Notes: generated by a model from the sequence alone, not told the origin. 64,000 nucleotides of DNA from an uncultured Spirochaetota bacterium (GCA_963768055.1 CAVYGN010000002.1:1696001-1760000), one strand, 5' to 3'; counted from the first letter of the stretch, positions 27,544 through 37,150 are shown. Program-made: numbers and translations.

Positions 27544-27758
27544 ATATCTATAAATAATTACATAGTCAATTTTAATACGCTATTTTATCTGGGAAATATG
27601 GGATAAGAGCCTTTTTTAATATCTACGCAACTGAGGAATTCGGTATCTAAAACTATTACGCGAGGAATTTTTCAATGAAAAAGGGGGGGGCAATCATGGC
27701 ATTTTTAGAATACAAAGGTAAGATGATTAATCTTGATGATGACTAAGAAAGTGGTGAT

Positions 27759-27903
27759 GCGGAACGGGCCTGTCCCTGATGTCGGCTCAGGGATGAGGAA
27801 GTATGAGGAGCAATTTGCCCCGATCAAGCCGTCCGAGGCGCTTGTCCCTGAGCATACTGCTCAGGGGGTGGAAGTTGAGGCGATAAACGGGAGAGATAAG
27901 TGA
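27759..27903 (+). pseudogene. 3' remnant of a third DUF3467 copy
   Basis: Encodes AER(V)RKYEEQFAPIKPSEA..VEVEAINGRDK*, interrupted by 25-nt and 27-nt hairpin insertions. Confidence 0.75.
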
Positions 27904-28248
27904 CGATTGCCGATTATCGAATGACGATTGAAACCAGGTAATAGTAAAGATTATGATTATAGAACAAAGGTTAGCGAATAACCCCCGCCTGCGAGGGAAG
28001 CGCCCAAAGTTTTATCCTTGTGTTGAAAGCCGCCCGCGAAAAACGGCGGTAAGCCCCGCCCCTTATCGATTTTTGTTTTTTTATAAAAGAATTTGTTCTT
28101 GTAAATTAAAAACCTTAAGGGGCGGGACAGCCGTTTTGAGCGGTTGCTACCCATGCTTGCCGAGCAAAGCGGGGGCTTGTGCCTGCCGTCAGGCAGGTGC
28201 GGTTTCTTTCGGTTCGCTTTCTTTGCCGGACAAAGAAAGCGAACAGGG
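27901..28248. repeat. structured non-coding repeat element, copy 2
   Basis: Colinear with 23227-23550 plus a 24-nt hairpin insertion at 28176-28199. Confidence 0.8.
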
Positions 28249-28381
28249 AAACGGCATCGAATGCGAATCTGTAGTAAAAGTCCAGCTAAGGGATTGTACC
28301 GGGCTGAAGAGCGAGGGTAATGATTGTATTTTTTAAGTAAAATAAGTTTGAAGAAAACATAATATTTATGGAGGTTTTTAT

Positions 28382-28963
28382 ATGAAGAAAAGATTAACCA
28401 AGGTTTGCGCCATTTTATCTGCCGGAGTTTTTATGGTGATGATATCAATAGTTTCCGTCAGCATTTTCTCAGTAGCTTTATCCGGATGTTCGAATTCGCC
28501 AGGGTCATCGAGTTCTTCTAGTTCATCGGCTCCCGCTCCGACTCAATTGACGATCGTTAATTCTTCATCTGAAAGGTTAGGCTTTATTGAATGGCCTCTA
28601 GGAAGCGCCCAAGGTACATTTTTTGGATATGATGCATGGGTTACTGGTACTATTTCTTATTCTGGTTTATTTGTCGGAGACAGCGCTACTAAAGATGTTT
28701 CGCCCGGTTCCGGTTACGTTTATTTTTATCCCGATAACGGAATCTTTACAGAATATCATACAGTTGAATTAGTTACAGTGTCGAATAATCAGTCTGTTAC
28801 ATTTACTTTCACAGGCTCAACATTGGTCGTAGTCGGCCTAAAAAAATCCGGTCAAACCAATATTCAATATATACCGGTTATACCTTCAATATCTGTAATT
28901 CCTTCCATATCATATGATGAAGTAACAAACAGTTATTTTAAATTTATGGAAGGGAACAGATGA
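28382..28963 (+). CDS. hypothetical lipoprotein
   Basis: GGAGG RBS, long signal peptide with LSGC, poly-Ser linker. Confidence 0.7.
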   Translation: MKKRLTKVCAILSAGVFMVMISIVSVSIFSVALSGCSNSPGSSSSSSSSAPAPTQLTIVNSSSERLGFIEWPLGSAQGTFFGYDAWVTGTISYSGLFVGDSATKDVSPGSGYVYFYPDNGIFTEYHTVELVTVSNNQSVTFTFTGSTLVVVGLKKSGQTNIQYIPVIPSISVIPSISYDEVTNSYFKFMEGNR

Positions 28964-29005
28964 TGAAATTTTACTGCAAGTGTATTCAATGAATAAAGAG
29001 GAAAA

Positions 29006-29227
29006 ATGATAACGGACTGGGATGAGTTCAAGGTTTGGTGCGGATGCGGCAGCAGGCTCAAGGTCCTCATATTTAATACGGCTGATAATAATGACATTAC
29101 TGAATATAACTGCCCTGAATGCGGGAAAGAGTTTACGGCGATATCCGCTATAAAGCCGAAGGTGAAACTGATTAACAGAAGGAATAACGCTGGATCGGAA
29201 TTTGAAGCTTCGACTCCGGATTTGTAA
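29006..29227 (+). CDS. small zinc-ribbon protein
   Basis: GAGG RBS; CGC...CPEC cysteine pairs. Confidence 0.55.
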   Translation: MITDWDEFKVWCGCGSRLKVLIFNTADNNDITEYNCPECGKEFTAISAIKPKVKLINRRNNAGSEFEASTPDL

Positions 29228-29289
29228 TTTCACCTTCATATACTACTTTTTTAAAATATTTCAGGGGCTAAATAATCGTAAAGCAATAT

Positions 29290-31299
29290 ATGTTTAATTT
29301 TAAAATAAGGCCGCAAACAGCTATCTTATTCCTGATCTTGATTTTATCTTTCTGGCTGAACTATTTCAAAATTCATGATATAGGGTATGGAAATAGTTAT
29401 TATGCCGCAGCTGTCAGGAGCATGCTCGCAAACTTGCATAATTTTTTTTTCGCCGCCTACGATCCCGGAGGGTTTGTATCGATAGATAAACCTCCTGTCG
29501 CTTTGTGGGTTCAATGCTTGAACGCTTCGATATTCGGTTTTCACGGTTGGGCTTTACTATTGCCTCAGGCATTGGCCGGGGTGGTTTCAGTCTTGCTGCT
29601 TTATAAAATTGTCCGAAAAAATTTCGGCGAGGCCGCGGGCTTTCTGGCTGCGGGAATACTAGCCATAACTCCGGTTTTTGTTGCGGTAAACAGGACTAAT
29701 GAAGTTGACCCGATCTTGATCATGATCATAATGTTAGCAGCTGTGGCAGTAAATTCAGCCACTCAAAAAGGAAGTATGCCCCTGCTCTTGCTTTCAATGT
29801 GTTTAATTGGACTCGGTTTTAATACCAAAATGCTTCAAGCCTTTCTTGTAATTCCCGCGTTTTACGTTTTATATATAATTTCATCTCCGGTCAAAATCGG
29901 CAGAAAAGTTATAGATCTAAGCATTGCAACAGTTATATTACTGGTGATCTCATTGTCTTGGGCCTTTATCGTGGATACGGTCCCTGCAAGAGACAGGCCG
30001 TATTCCGGGAGCAGCAATAAAAATTCGGAAATTAATCTTGCCTTATTTTATAACGGAATATTCAGGATCATTCCCGAGCCCGTTTCCTACCCCATACGTC
30101 ATAACAAGGCTTATCAAATCCTGATTAAAAAATCAAGTTCCGTATTTAATAATAATATTCAATCGGAAATGAATGAATTTGCGAAGGGGAAATGGACTAC
30201 CGGAGGGGAAATCGGCTATCCGGGCTTACTTCGATTTTTTAATCAGCAAATGGCGGGGCAGATAAGCTGGCTGTTGCTGATAACTTTTTCTGGGATTATT
30301 GTTTACATTATAGGGATTAAAAAAACAGTCTTAAAAGACCAAAAACTGGAAACAGGATCTGTATTATTCTGGAGTTTCTGGGTTTTTCTGATGATGGCAT
30401 GTTTCAGTGAGGCCTCTTTTTTCCATAGATACTATCTGGCTCTGCTTGCTCCCGGTATGGCCGCTTTGTCCGGAATAGGTATTTGTAAATTAAATGATGA
30501 ATATTTAAAAAAAGAACGGTTATGGTGGATGCTTCCTGTTTCAATAACTTTGAATGCAGGTTTGCAGTTTATATTTTTATCAAGATACCCCGGTTGGTTT
30601 TTTGCGATGGTTCCAGCAATTCTCGGATTATGCATTATTTCTTCAGGTATTTTAATCTTTATAAGGTTATCCGGAAAACTTCAAAATAAAATCTTTGTCA
30701 ATATTATAGTAACAATCAGCTGTGTTGGCCTTTTCATCGCACCATTAATCTGGTCGTTAACTCCAATTTTATTCGGCGATCAAATCGCGATACCTTTTGC
30801 AGGGCCGGAACTTAAAGACGGAAAGGAATATTATTTCAATTATTTTCTTGATAACCGAATTGATGATAAAAAAGTTGTAGAATTTTTAATAAATAATAAT
30901 AAGGGTGAGAGGTATTTAGCAGGTGTCCCGAACTCCTTTATAGCCTCACAGATAATTATCGATACAGGCATGCCTGTTATGGCTATGGGCGGATATATGG
31001 GTGCCGATAACATTTTATCAATTGATGATTTAAAGAAAATGCTTGACCAGGGACAAGTCAGATTTTTTTTAATTTATAAGATACCTTCTAATATGAAAAA
31101 TATTCAAAAGATAACTATAACAGATCAATTTTCTAATATTGAAAAATTATCCGGATGGATTTCAAAAAATGGGAAACCTGTAGATGAAAATTCCTGGATG
31201 GATAAAGAAAGCAATAGTTATGGAAGTAATTCTATAAGTGAATCCGGTAATCATATCCGGGTGGAACTGCAATTGTATGACCTCAGGCCAAAAGGATGA
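29290..31299 (+). CDS. ArnT/PMT-like (GT39, YkcB-type) membrane glycosyltransferase
   Basis: GNSYYAAAVRSM, DPGGFVSIDKPP, GFNTKMLQA, PVMAMGGY motifs; multi-TM. Confidence 0.85.
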   Translation: MFNFKIRPQTAILFLILILSFWLNYFKIHDIGYGNSYYAAAVRSMLANLHNFFFAAYDPGGFVSIDKPPVALWVQCLNASIFGFHGWALLLPQALAGVVSVLLLYKIVRKNFGEAAGFLAAGILAITPVFVAVNRTNEVDPILIMIIMLAAVAVNSATQKGSMPLLLLSMCLIGLGFNTKMLQAFLVIPAFYVLYIISSPVKIGRKVIDLSIATVILLVISLSWAFIVDTVPARDRPYSGSSNKNSEINLALFYNGIFRIIPEPVSYPIRHNKAYQILIKKSSSVFNNNIQSEMNEFAKGKWTTGGEIGYPGLLRFFNQQMAGQISWLLLITFSGIIVYIIGIKKTVLKDQKLETGSVLFWSFWVFLMMACFSEASFFHRYYLALLAPGMAALSGIGICKLNDEYLKKERLWWMLPVSITLNAGLQFIFLSRYPGWFFAMVPAILGLCIISSGILIFIRLSGKLQNKIFVNIIVTISCVGLFIAPLIWSLTPILFGDQIAIPFAGPELKDGKEYYFNYFLDNRIDDKKVVEFLINNNKGERYLAGVPNSFIASQIIIDTGMPVMAMGGYMGADNILSIDDLKKMLDQGQVRFFLIYKIPSNMKNIQKITITDQFSNIEKLSGWISKNGKPVDENSWMDKESNSYGSNSISESGNHIRVELQLYDLRPKG

Positions 31300-31610
31300 A
31301 GAAAAATTTTAAACAGGGATTCGATTTAAAAATCCACCTTGCATAATTCCAGACTCTGTAGTATAATAAATGAGTGTGTACAAATTGTATACGATTTGTG
31401 TACAGTGATTTTCCTTCAATATGAAATATGTGTTTTGTAATTGGTTGTTAGTGAAGAAATTAGAAAAAAGGGAAAGTTCTATCGATTCCGAGGGGATCAA
31501 CATACCTATCTATTTCAGTGTTTTTCTTCCAGCCAGAGCCGAAGATGCCGAAAGGTACCGGGCAAGGAATTAGCCGCAGATACATATGGATGAGAACGGA
31601 TTGAAAAATT

Positions 31611-32003
31611 TTAAGGATTTTTGTCAATGGCCTTGCCTAAGGCCTTATCTATAGCCTCGATAAGTTTTTCCTTCCGGACGGGTTTTAAAAGGATATCGGT
31701 GCAGCCGATATTACGGGATAAATCGATATTTTCAGAGTCTATATAACCTGTCAGCATGATAACCGGCAGATCCGGATTGTTTTTCCTGATTTCCCTTAAA
31801 ATCTCGATCCCGTTGTCATCCATCAATTTTATATCGCAGATGACGGTGTCTATATTCTCGGAGGCTATTATTTTAAAAGCTTCATGACGGTTCGAAGCTT
31901 CGAACGCGCATTTACCGCTTGAGGTAATCTGGGAAACAATAACCTTTCTTATTTGAGGTTCGTCGTCGATTATCAGGATTTTTTTTAACCTTTCAACATC
32001 CAT
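31611..32003 (-). CDS. single-domain response regulator
   Basis: ILIIDDE, VICDIKL, VIMLTG, LLKP. Confidence 0.9.
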   Translation of the reverse strand: MDVERLKKILIIDDEPQIRKVIVSQITSSGKCAFEASNRHEAFKIIASENIDTVICDIKLMDDNGIEILREIRKNNPDLPVIMLTGYIDSENIDLSRNIGCTDILLKPVRKEKLIEAIDKALGKAIDKNP

Positions 32004-34399
32004 TAAATTCCCTCTTTGACCATAAACTTTATTTCAAAAACCGTGCCCTCTTTTTCACCGCTGCGCACAGATATCATACCTTTGTTTTTTGTCACCAGGG
32101 AATATACTATGGATAGCCCGAGCCCGGTTCCCTTGCCCGCTTCTTTTGTCGTAAAAAAGGGATTGAATATTTTGGTGATATTTTCCTGCGATATTCCTAT
32201 CCCGGTATCCGACACGGAAGTTATTATCATATTGTTGCTGTAAGAAGAGCTGACGGTTAAAACCCCTTTTCCGTTCATAGCGTCAATGGCGTTGCTGTAT
32301 AGATTGACAAATACCTGGTGTAAATCTCCGCCGTAGACAAAAACCGGGGGAATATCGGAATAGTCCTTTTTTACGGTTATATCTATAAAATTCCTGCTAT
32401 ACCTCACTATCCTCAGAGCTTCGTCCATAATGTCGTTGAGGTTTAAATTCGCGGGCTTCTCTTCCTTAATGCTTCTCGAATAACTCGACAGGTCTTTGAC
32501 TATATCTGAGGCATGAATGGTGAATTCTATAATCGTTTCAGCGTTTTCCCTTATATTTTTAGATTCCGCCTCGTCCCTTATTATTTCTGCATTGCCGAGT
32601 ATTCCGTACAGCGGATTGTTGATTTCATGCGCGACGCCTGAAACCAGGGTGCCCAGGGCGGCCATTTTCTCCGCCCGGTATAATTGCTCTTTCATTTCTT
32701 TCTGCGCCGTGATATTTTTCATGATTATCCCGGCCTCGCGCATATCTCCGTTTCCCGAAAGCTCAAACAGCGTATAACCCAGCGTTTCTTTGCCTATGGA
32801 TAGCTCCTGATCGTCAAAAATGTTTCTGTTTCGGAGCATTTTTATCTGGTTGATGAAATAATCCCTGGTTGCGCTGTTTTCTATCCCGATAACATCAAGA
32901 ATATTGCAGCCTGTGATCCTTGACGGCTCCAGCTTCATCTCTTTGATAAAAGATTCGTTAAAAAAAGATATCCTTAAAGTCACCGTGTCGAAAACCGCTA
33001 TCGATGAAGGGATGTTCGATATAATGTTCCTCGCGGCGTCGACGGCATATATCTTATTCAGGGCTACTTCGATCTGGTTGGAAATTGTTATGAAAAACTG
33101 CCTGTAAGATTCCCTCATGTTCGTCCTTGCGGACGGTATGTCGAAAATGATGTAGTATGAATATTTGTCATGTATTAATATTGGAAGGATGATGCTTTCA
33201 TGGTTATTATTATCTTCCCGGCCCGAATCGAACAGATCGAGATTGACCGCCGAATAATAATTGACGCTGGAATAGCCTTGAAGTTTATCCTTCCAGATTT
33301 GAGCCGTGTATTTATTGTTTAAAATTCTTTTTGGAGGTTTATCCATGTAAAAAACCGACGGTTCGTTCTGAATTTCAAACTGTTTATTAAAAACCAGGTA
33401 ATATCCCCTCAAAAACCCCATTTTTTCTATAATTATTTCAATTACCTTTTCCAGGGTATCCCTTTCCCCTTTGTAATAATTTATTCTTTCAGCCACTTCT
33501 TTTAAAACCGACAGTTTTTCAGCTTCCTCCCTGATAAACTTATTAGCGATCTGGAGTTCGTGAAGATCTTCTCTGCTGTCTACTATCGCTTTTTCGAGGG
33601 CCTTCGTCCTTTCATTTTCCGTTTCAATCGACTCGTTTTCTTTTCCGGCCGGGGGTTTGTTCATTATCAGGACAATTAATGCCGCCAGAAGGATCGTAAT
33701 TAATATGTCCTCCCGAACCGCAAATTTAAAATGAAATATATAAAAGCCTACCGTTTCCAGTACGACCATTATCAAAGCAATTGTTAACGTTATTATATTT
33801 TTAAATATCGGGTTTTTCATGTAAGAGATTTCATATACGCAGGAATCCGCCCCTTCAGCCTGACACTGGATTTCTTTTATTTTAGCCGGAGGCAGCCCCC
33901 ACATCGAGGGGAAGGCGGCATAAAGGCCTTTTATGGCATCGCAATTCAGCTTGCTCTGCGTGTGCCCGGGAAAAATAACGTATTTCAAAATACCCTTTGA
34001 ATTTCCGGTTGACGTATATTCGAACTTGCCGATCCTTGTATAAAGAGAACTGTACTCGGCGGCCTTTTTAAAAGCGATCAGAGGCGTTGAAACCAATTTC
34101 AATATATTCAGCATATAATTGAAAAAACTGTAGGAAAAATATCTTCCGGTTTCATACGCGACATCGGGATTTCCGGTAAATATCACAAGTTTTTCTAGGA
34201 ATGCATTGTAATAATCGAATGAAATCCAGTTATCCTTGTCCTCCAGGTAATCGAGATCCATGCCGGTTTCGATGACAAATTTCTTTAATTCTTCCTTGCC
34301 GAATCTTTTCTCTATATAAACAAGCACAGGTTTTATCACCATGCAGCTCAGATCGAAGGAAGCCTTGTCTATTTTTGAGAAATCCGGAGTTTTCAGCAT
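32003..34399 (-). CDS. sensor histidine kinase with N-terminal V4R-like domain, 2 TM, GAF/PAS-like region
   Basis: H-box GVAHEINNPL, N-box NAIDAM, G-boxes DTGIG and GTGLGL; V4R Cys pattern C..IKG...E.QC...G.DSC.Y. Confidence 0.85.
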   Translation of the reverse strand: MLKTPDFSKIDKASFDLSCMVIKPVLVYIEKRFGKEELKKFVIETGMDLDYLEDKDNWISFDYYNAFLEKLVIFTGNPDVAYETGRYFSYSFFNYMLNILKLVSTPLIAFKKAAEYSSLYTRIGKFEYTSTGNSKGILKYVIFPGHTQSKLNCDAIKGLYAAFPSMWGLPPAKIKEIQCQAEGADSCVYEISYMKNPIFKNIITLTIALIMVVLETVGFYIFHFKFAVREDILITILLAALIVLIMNKPPAGKENESIETENERTKALEKAIVDSREDLHELQIANKFIREEAEKLSVLKEVAERINYYKGERDTLEKVIEIIIEKMGFLRGYYLVFNKQFEIQNEPSVFYMDKPPKRILNNKYTAQIWKDKLQGYSSVNYYSAVNLDLFDSGREDNNNHESIILPILIHDKYSYYIIFDIPSARTNMRESYRQFFITISNQIEVALNKIYAVDAARNIISNIPSSIAVFDTVTLRISFFNESFIKEMKLEPSRITGCNILDVIGIENSATRDYFINQIKMLRNRNIFDDQELSIGKETLGYTLFELSGNGDMREAGIIMKNITAQKEMKEQLYRAEKMAALGTLVSGVAHEINNPLYGILGNAEIIRDEAESKNIRENAETIIEFTIHASDIVKDLSSYSRSIKEEKPANLNLNDIMDEALRIVRYSRNFIDITVKKDYSDIPPVFVYGGDLHQVFVNLYSNAIDAMNGKGVLTVSSSYSNNMIITSVSDTGIGISQENITKIFNPFFTTKEAGKGTGLGLSIVYSLVTKNKGMISVRSGEKEGTVFEIKFMVKEGI

Positions 34400-34401
34400 A
34401 T

Positions 34402-34746
34402 TCAGTCCTGCCTGCTTGCCTTGAGACGCCTGTCAACCCCGGTGCGCCTGTCTTCATTCCGTCGTCTGTCGATGCCGGTATAATCTTCTCCCTGGGGTTT
34501 TGCGGAAACCACGGTTTCCTTCAGTTTTTCAATCGAATCATAAAGGTCCCTGACGGTTTTTATATGGGCTACTTTATTGATCGGAATGATAATGTCAAGC
34601 TTGTCTTCGATGTTTCCCATAATTTCCATTAGTTTTAACGAATCAAGGCCTAAATCGGCAACCAGTTCATCATCGGGCCGGTAAACCGAACCCGGTTTCA
34701 GGACGCCCTTCAATACTTTGTCGACTATTTCTTTTTTATTTTCCAT
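34402..34746 (-). CDS. acyl carrier protein with Arg-rich C-terminal tail
   Basis: DLGLDSL phosphopantetheine motif; tail YTGIDRRRNEDRRTGVDRR. Confidence 0.85.
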   Translation of the reverse strand: MENKKEIVDKVLKGVLKPGSVYRPDDELVADLGLDSLKLMEIMGNIEDKLDIIIPINKVAHIKTVRDLYDSIEKLKETVVSAKPQGEDYTGIDRRRNEDRRTGVDRRLKASRQD

Positions 34747-37150
34747 TCGAAGATACCCCTAATATGTGTTTATATTTTTCAAATATTTTCAAAGCCGCTT
34801 TCAGATCATCCCAATCATGCGTAGCAATATAGCTTGTCCTGAAGCCTGTGGCAATCTCAGGCACTGCCGGCTGGAGAACCGGATTCACATAGACGCCTTC
34901 GTCCATGAATATTTTGGCTGCGGCCAGCGTTAAAATTTCATTCCCCAGAATAACCGGTACGATCTGGGTCCCGAGAAATCTGGCATTGTAACCCATAGCC
35001 TCCAGACTGTCGCCCATAAACTTCGCTTTATCCATGATGTCTTTTCTCATTCCGGGCTTTTCCTTTATCAGTTTCAGAACCGCCCTGACTGTCGCTGCGA
35101 CCGATGCCGGAAGGCTGGCGCTGAAAATATGCGGGCTTCCTTTATGTTTGATATGGTCGATAACCCTGAAGTCTCCGGCGATAAATCCGCCCAGAGAAGC
35201 GAAACTTTTGCTGAAGGTACCCATTATCATATCCACGTCTTTTTCAATACCGGCAGCTTCGCAAGCTCCCCTTCCGTTTGCCCCGAAAACCCCGATCCCA
35301 TGCGCTTCGTCTACGAATAAACGCGATCCGTATTTCTTATTCAATTCGCTTATCGCCTTTAAATCGGGAATGGTGCCTTCCATGCTGAAAACAGAATCCG
35401 TTACAAGCAATACATTCCTGCCGGGCAGTTTGGATAAAACCTTTTCAAGGTTTTTCATATCATTATGACGGTAAACAAAATATGTCGCCCCTGAAAGTTT
35501 GGCAGCGTCGAACAAACTTCTATGGCTCCTCTCATCAAGGACTATTACATCCTCCGATCCGCATAATGCTGTAATTCCGGCCAGGTTGGTTTGGTACCCG
35601 GTGCTGCATATAACTACGGCCTCCCTGCCGAGAAATTCCGCAAGCTCGTTTTCCAATTTTTTATGTATGTCTAAAGTTCCGTTCAAAAGCGGCGAACCGG
35701 AGCATCCCGTGCCGTATTGATCTATCGCTTCTTTCGCCGCGTTCATCACTTCAGGATTACTGGCGGCCCCGAGATACGAGTTTGTGCCGAGCAGAACAAT
35801 TTTTTTGTCTTCGAGGTAAACGCAGGAATTCTGTGCCGTATTGAATTCCGGGTAATAATTGTAAATCCCCGATAATCGCGCCATGTTCGCCTTATAATAC
35901 TTCGATACTTTATTAAAAATATCACCGTCGGGGTAATCCAGTTGCAGCTTTTTAATTTCTTTTGAAATAAATATCAGGTTGGATCTGTTCAAAACATCCT
36001 CTTTAAAAGGATGGTGAAAAAAATTATCGGGTTGTTTGATCGAATCCGTAATCAGATGAGCCATAGTCCTTGAATATTCGCTGCTGTCACGGTGTCTGAC
36101 AAAATAAACAAGAGGCTGGGCAACGGCGCCCAGAACTAATTTGGGATCATAAGCCGTAATGCCCATTTCCAGTTTCTTCTTTCCAAGTTCGATTGCCCTT
36201 GAGAGGCTGAATATGTTATTTGCCTTGTATAAATGCGCGTTTTTATAATTGGTAAAATTATAATCGACCCCCCAGTACATTGTATAATAAGTATGCTCAT
36301 CAAAAATATTGAAACTGAAAGCGACGATTTGATCGCCGTATTTCATCAGCAAAACTTCACTGCTGTCTCTTAGCATGTCCGCCGCCGATTCGAAAAATTC
36401 CGGCGTAAAATATTCCCGTTCATATTCGGACGCTTTATCATAAACCTGTTTCCAGAGCGATGAGAGTTCATTTTTGTACTTTTTATAATCTCTGATAAAT
36501 TCATATTCAATGCCGAATTTCTCCTTGATTCGGAAAGACTGTTTATAGTAATCGGCGGCCCTGTTCTTTTTTTTCAAATCGGAAAAATATTCTTCGATGC
36601 TGTTCCATCTGACGTCCATAACGGCTTTTGGAAAACCGAGGGCCGGATAGAACCCGATAGGTTTCAGGGTTTGATAATAACGATCGAATTTTTCATAAGG
36701 GACATCGCGGAAAACCTGGATTTTTACGCCTTCCTCGTTGGAAATATCGTCCATTTCCCGGGCGGTTCTTTCCAGGATTGATTCGAAATCTTCATCATCT
36801 TTAACCATTAAACCTTCGCCCAGCAAACAGATATTCGCGCATTCAAGGGTTTTAAAATTTAAAAAATCCGGGTAAATCTGTTTGATCCTTTTTCTATAAT
36901 CGCTAAGGATAGAGGTATCCATCGAAGAAAAATCCGTGAATGCGATAAACAGGTTGGCCCTGGCTAATTCATACGTTTTGTCATGAAATAGAAGATAATA
37001 ATAGACCAGATTATTAATGCCCGACTGTTCGATCATTTTCAGAGAGTTGTACTTCAACTGGAATGGAAGGGAAAGATTTTTTTCCCATGTTTCTTTTAGA
37101 ATGCCGTTTAAGGAGCGTAGTTTCTCTATTTCGATATTTATCCTACTCAA
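34736..37150 (-). CDS. GNAT/FemAB-like domain fused to alpha-oxoamine synthase (serine palmitoyltransferase-like)
   Basis: C-half: LGTNSYLG, GTGCSGSPLLNGT, STGYQTN, DEAHGIG, GTFSKS (PLP Lys); N-half: W.SIEEYF..L, YWGVDY, LEMGITAYDPKL.LGA. Confidence 0.8.
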   Translation of the reverse strand: MSRINIEIEKLRSLNGILKETWEKNLSLPFQLKYNSLKMIEQSGINNLVYYYLLFHDKTYELARANLFIAFTDFSSMDTSILSDYRKRIKQIYPDFLNFKTLECANICLLGEGLMVKDDEDFESILERTAREMDDISNEEGVKIQVFRDVPYEKFDRYYQTLKPIGFYPALGFPKAVMDVRWNSIEEYFSDLKKKNRAADYYKQSFRIKEKFGIEYEFIRDYKKYKNELSSLWKQVYDKASEYEREYFTPEFFESAADMLRDSSEVLLMKYGDQIVAFSFNIFDEHTYYTMYWGVDYNFTNYKNAHLYKANNIFSLSRAIELGKKKLEMGITAYDPKLVLGAVAQPLVYFVRHRDSSEYSRTMAHLITDSIKQPDNFFHHPFKEDVLNRSNLIFISKEIKKLQLDYPDGDIFNKVSKYYKANMARLSGIYNYYPEFNTAQNSCVYLEDKKIVLLGTNSYLGAASNPEVMNAAKEAIDQYGTGCSGSPLLNGTLDIHKKLENELAEFLGREAVVICSTGYQTNLAGITALCGSEDVIVLDERSHRSLFDAAKLSGATYFVYRHNDMKNLEKVLSKLPGRNVLLVTDSVFSMEGTIPDLKAISELNKKYGSRLFVDEAHGIGVFGANGRGACEAAGIEKDVDMIMGTFSKSFASLGGFIAGDFRVIDHIKHKGSPHIFSASLPASVAATVRAVLKLIKEKPGMRKDIMDKAKFMGDSLEAMGYNARFLGTQIVPVILGNEILTLAAAKIFMDEGVYVNPVLQPAVPEIATGFRTSYIATHDWDDLKAALKIFEKYKHILGVSSNGK

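Noticed and set aside
27953..28336. 127-aa ORF
   Set aside because: Translation of copy 2 of the structured element; no protein-like features.
31380..31399. Imperfect palindrome ACAAATTGTATACGATTTGT
   Set aside because: Lies between convergent genes with no obvious regulated promoter; may be chance in AT-rich DNA.
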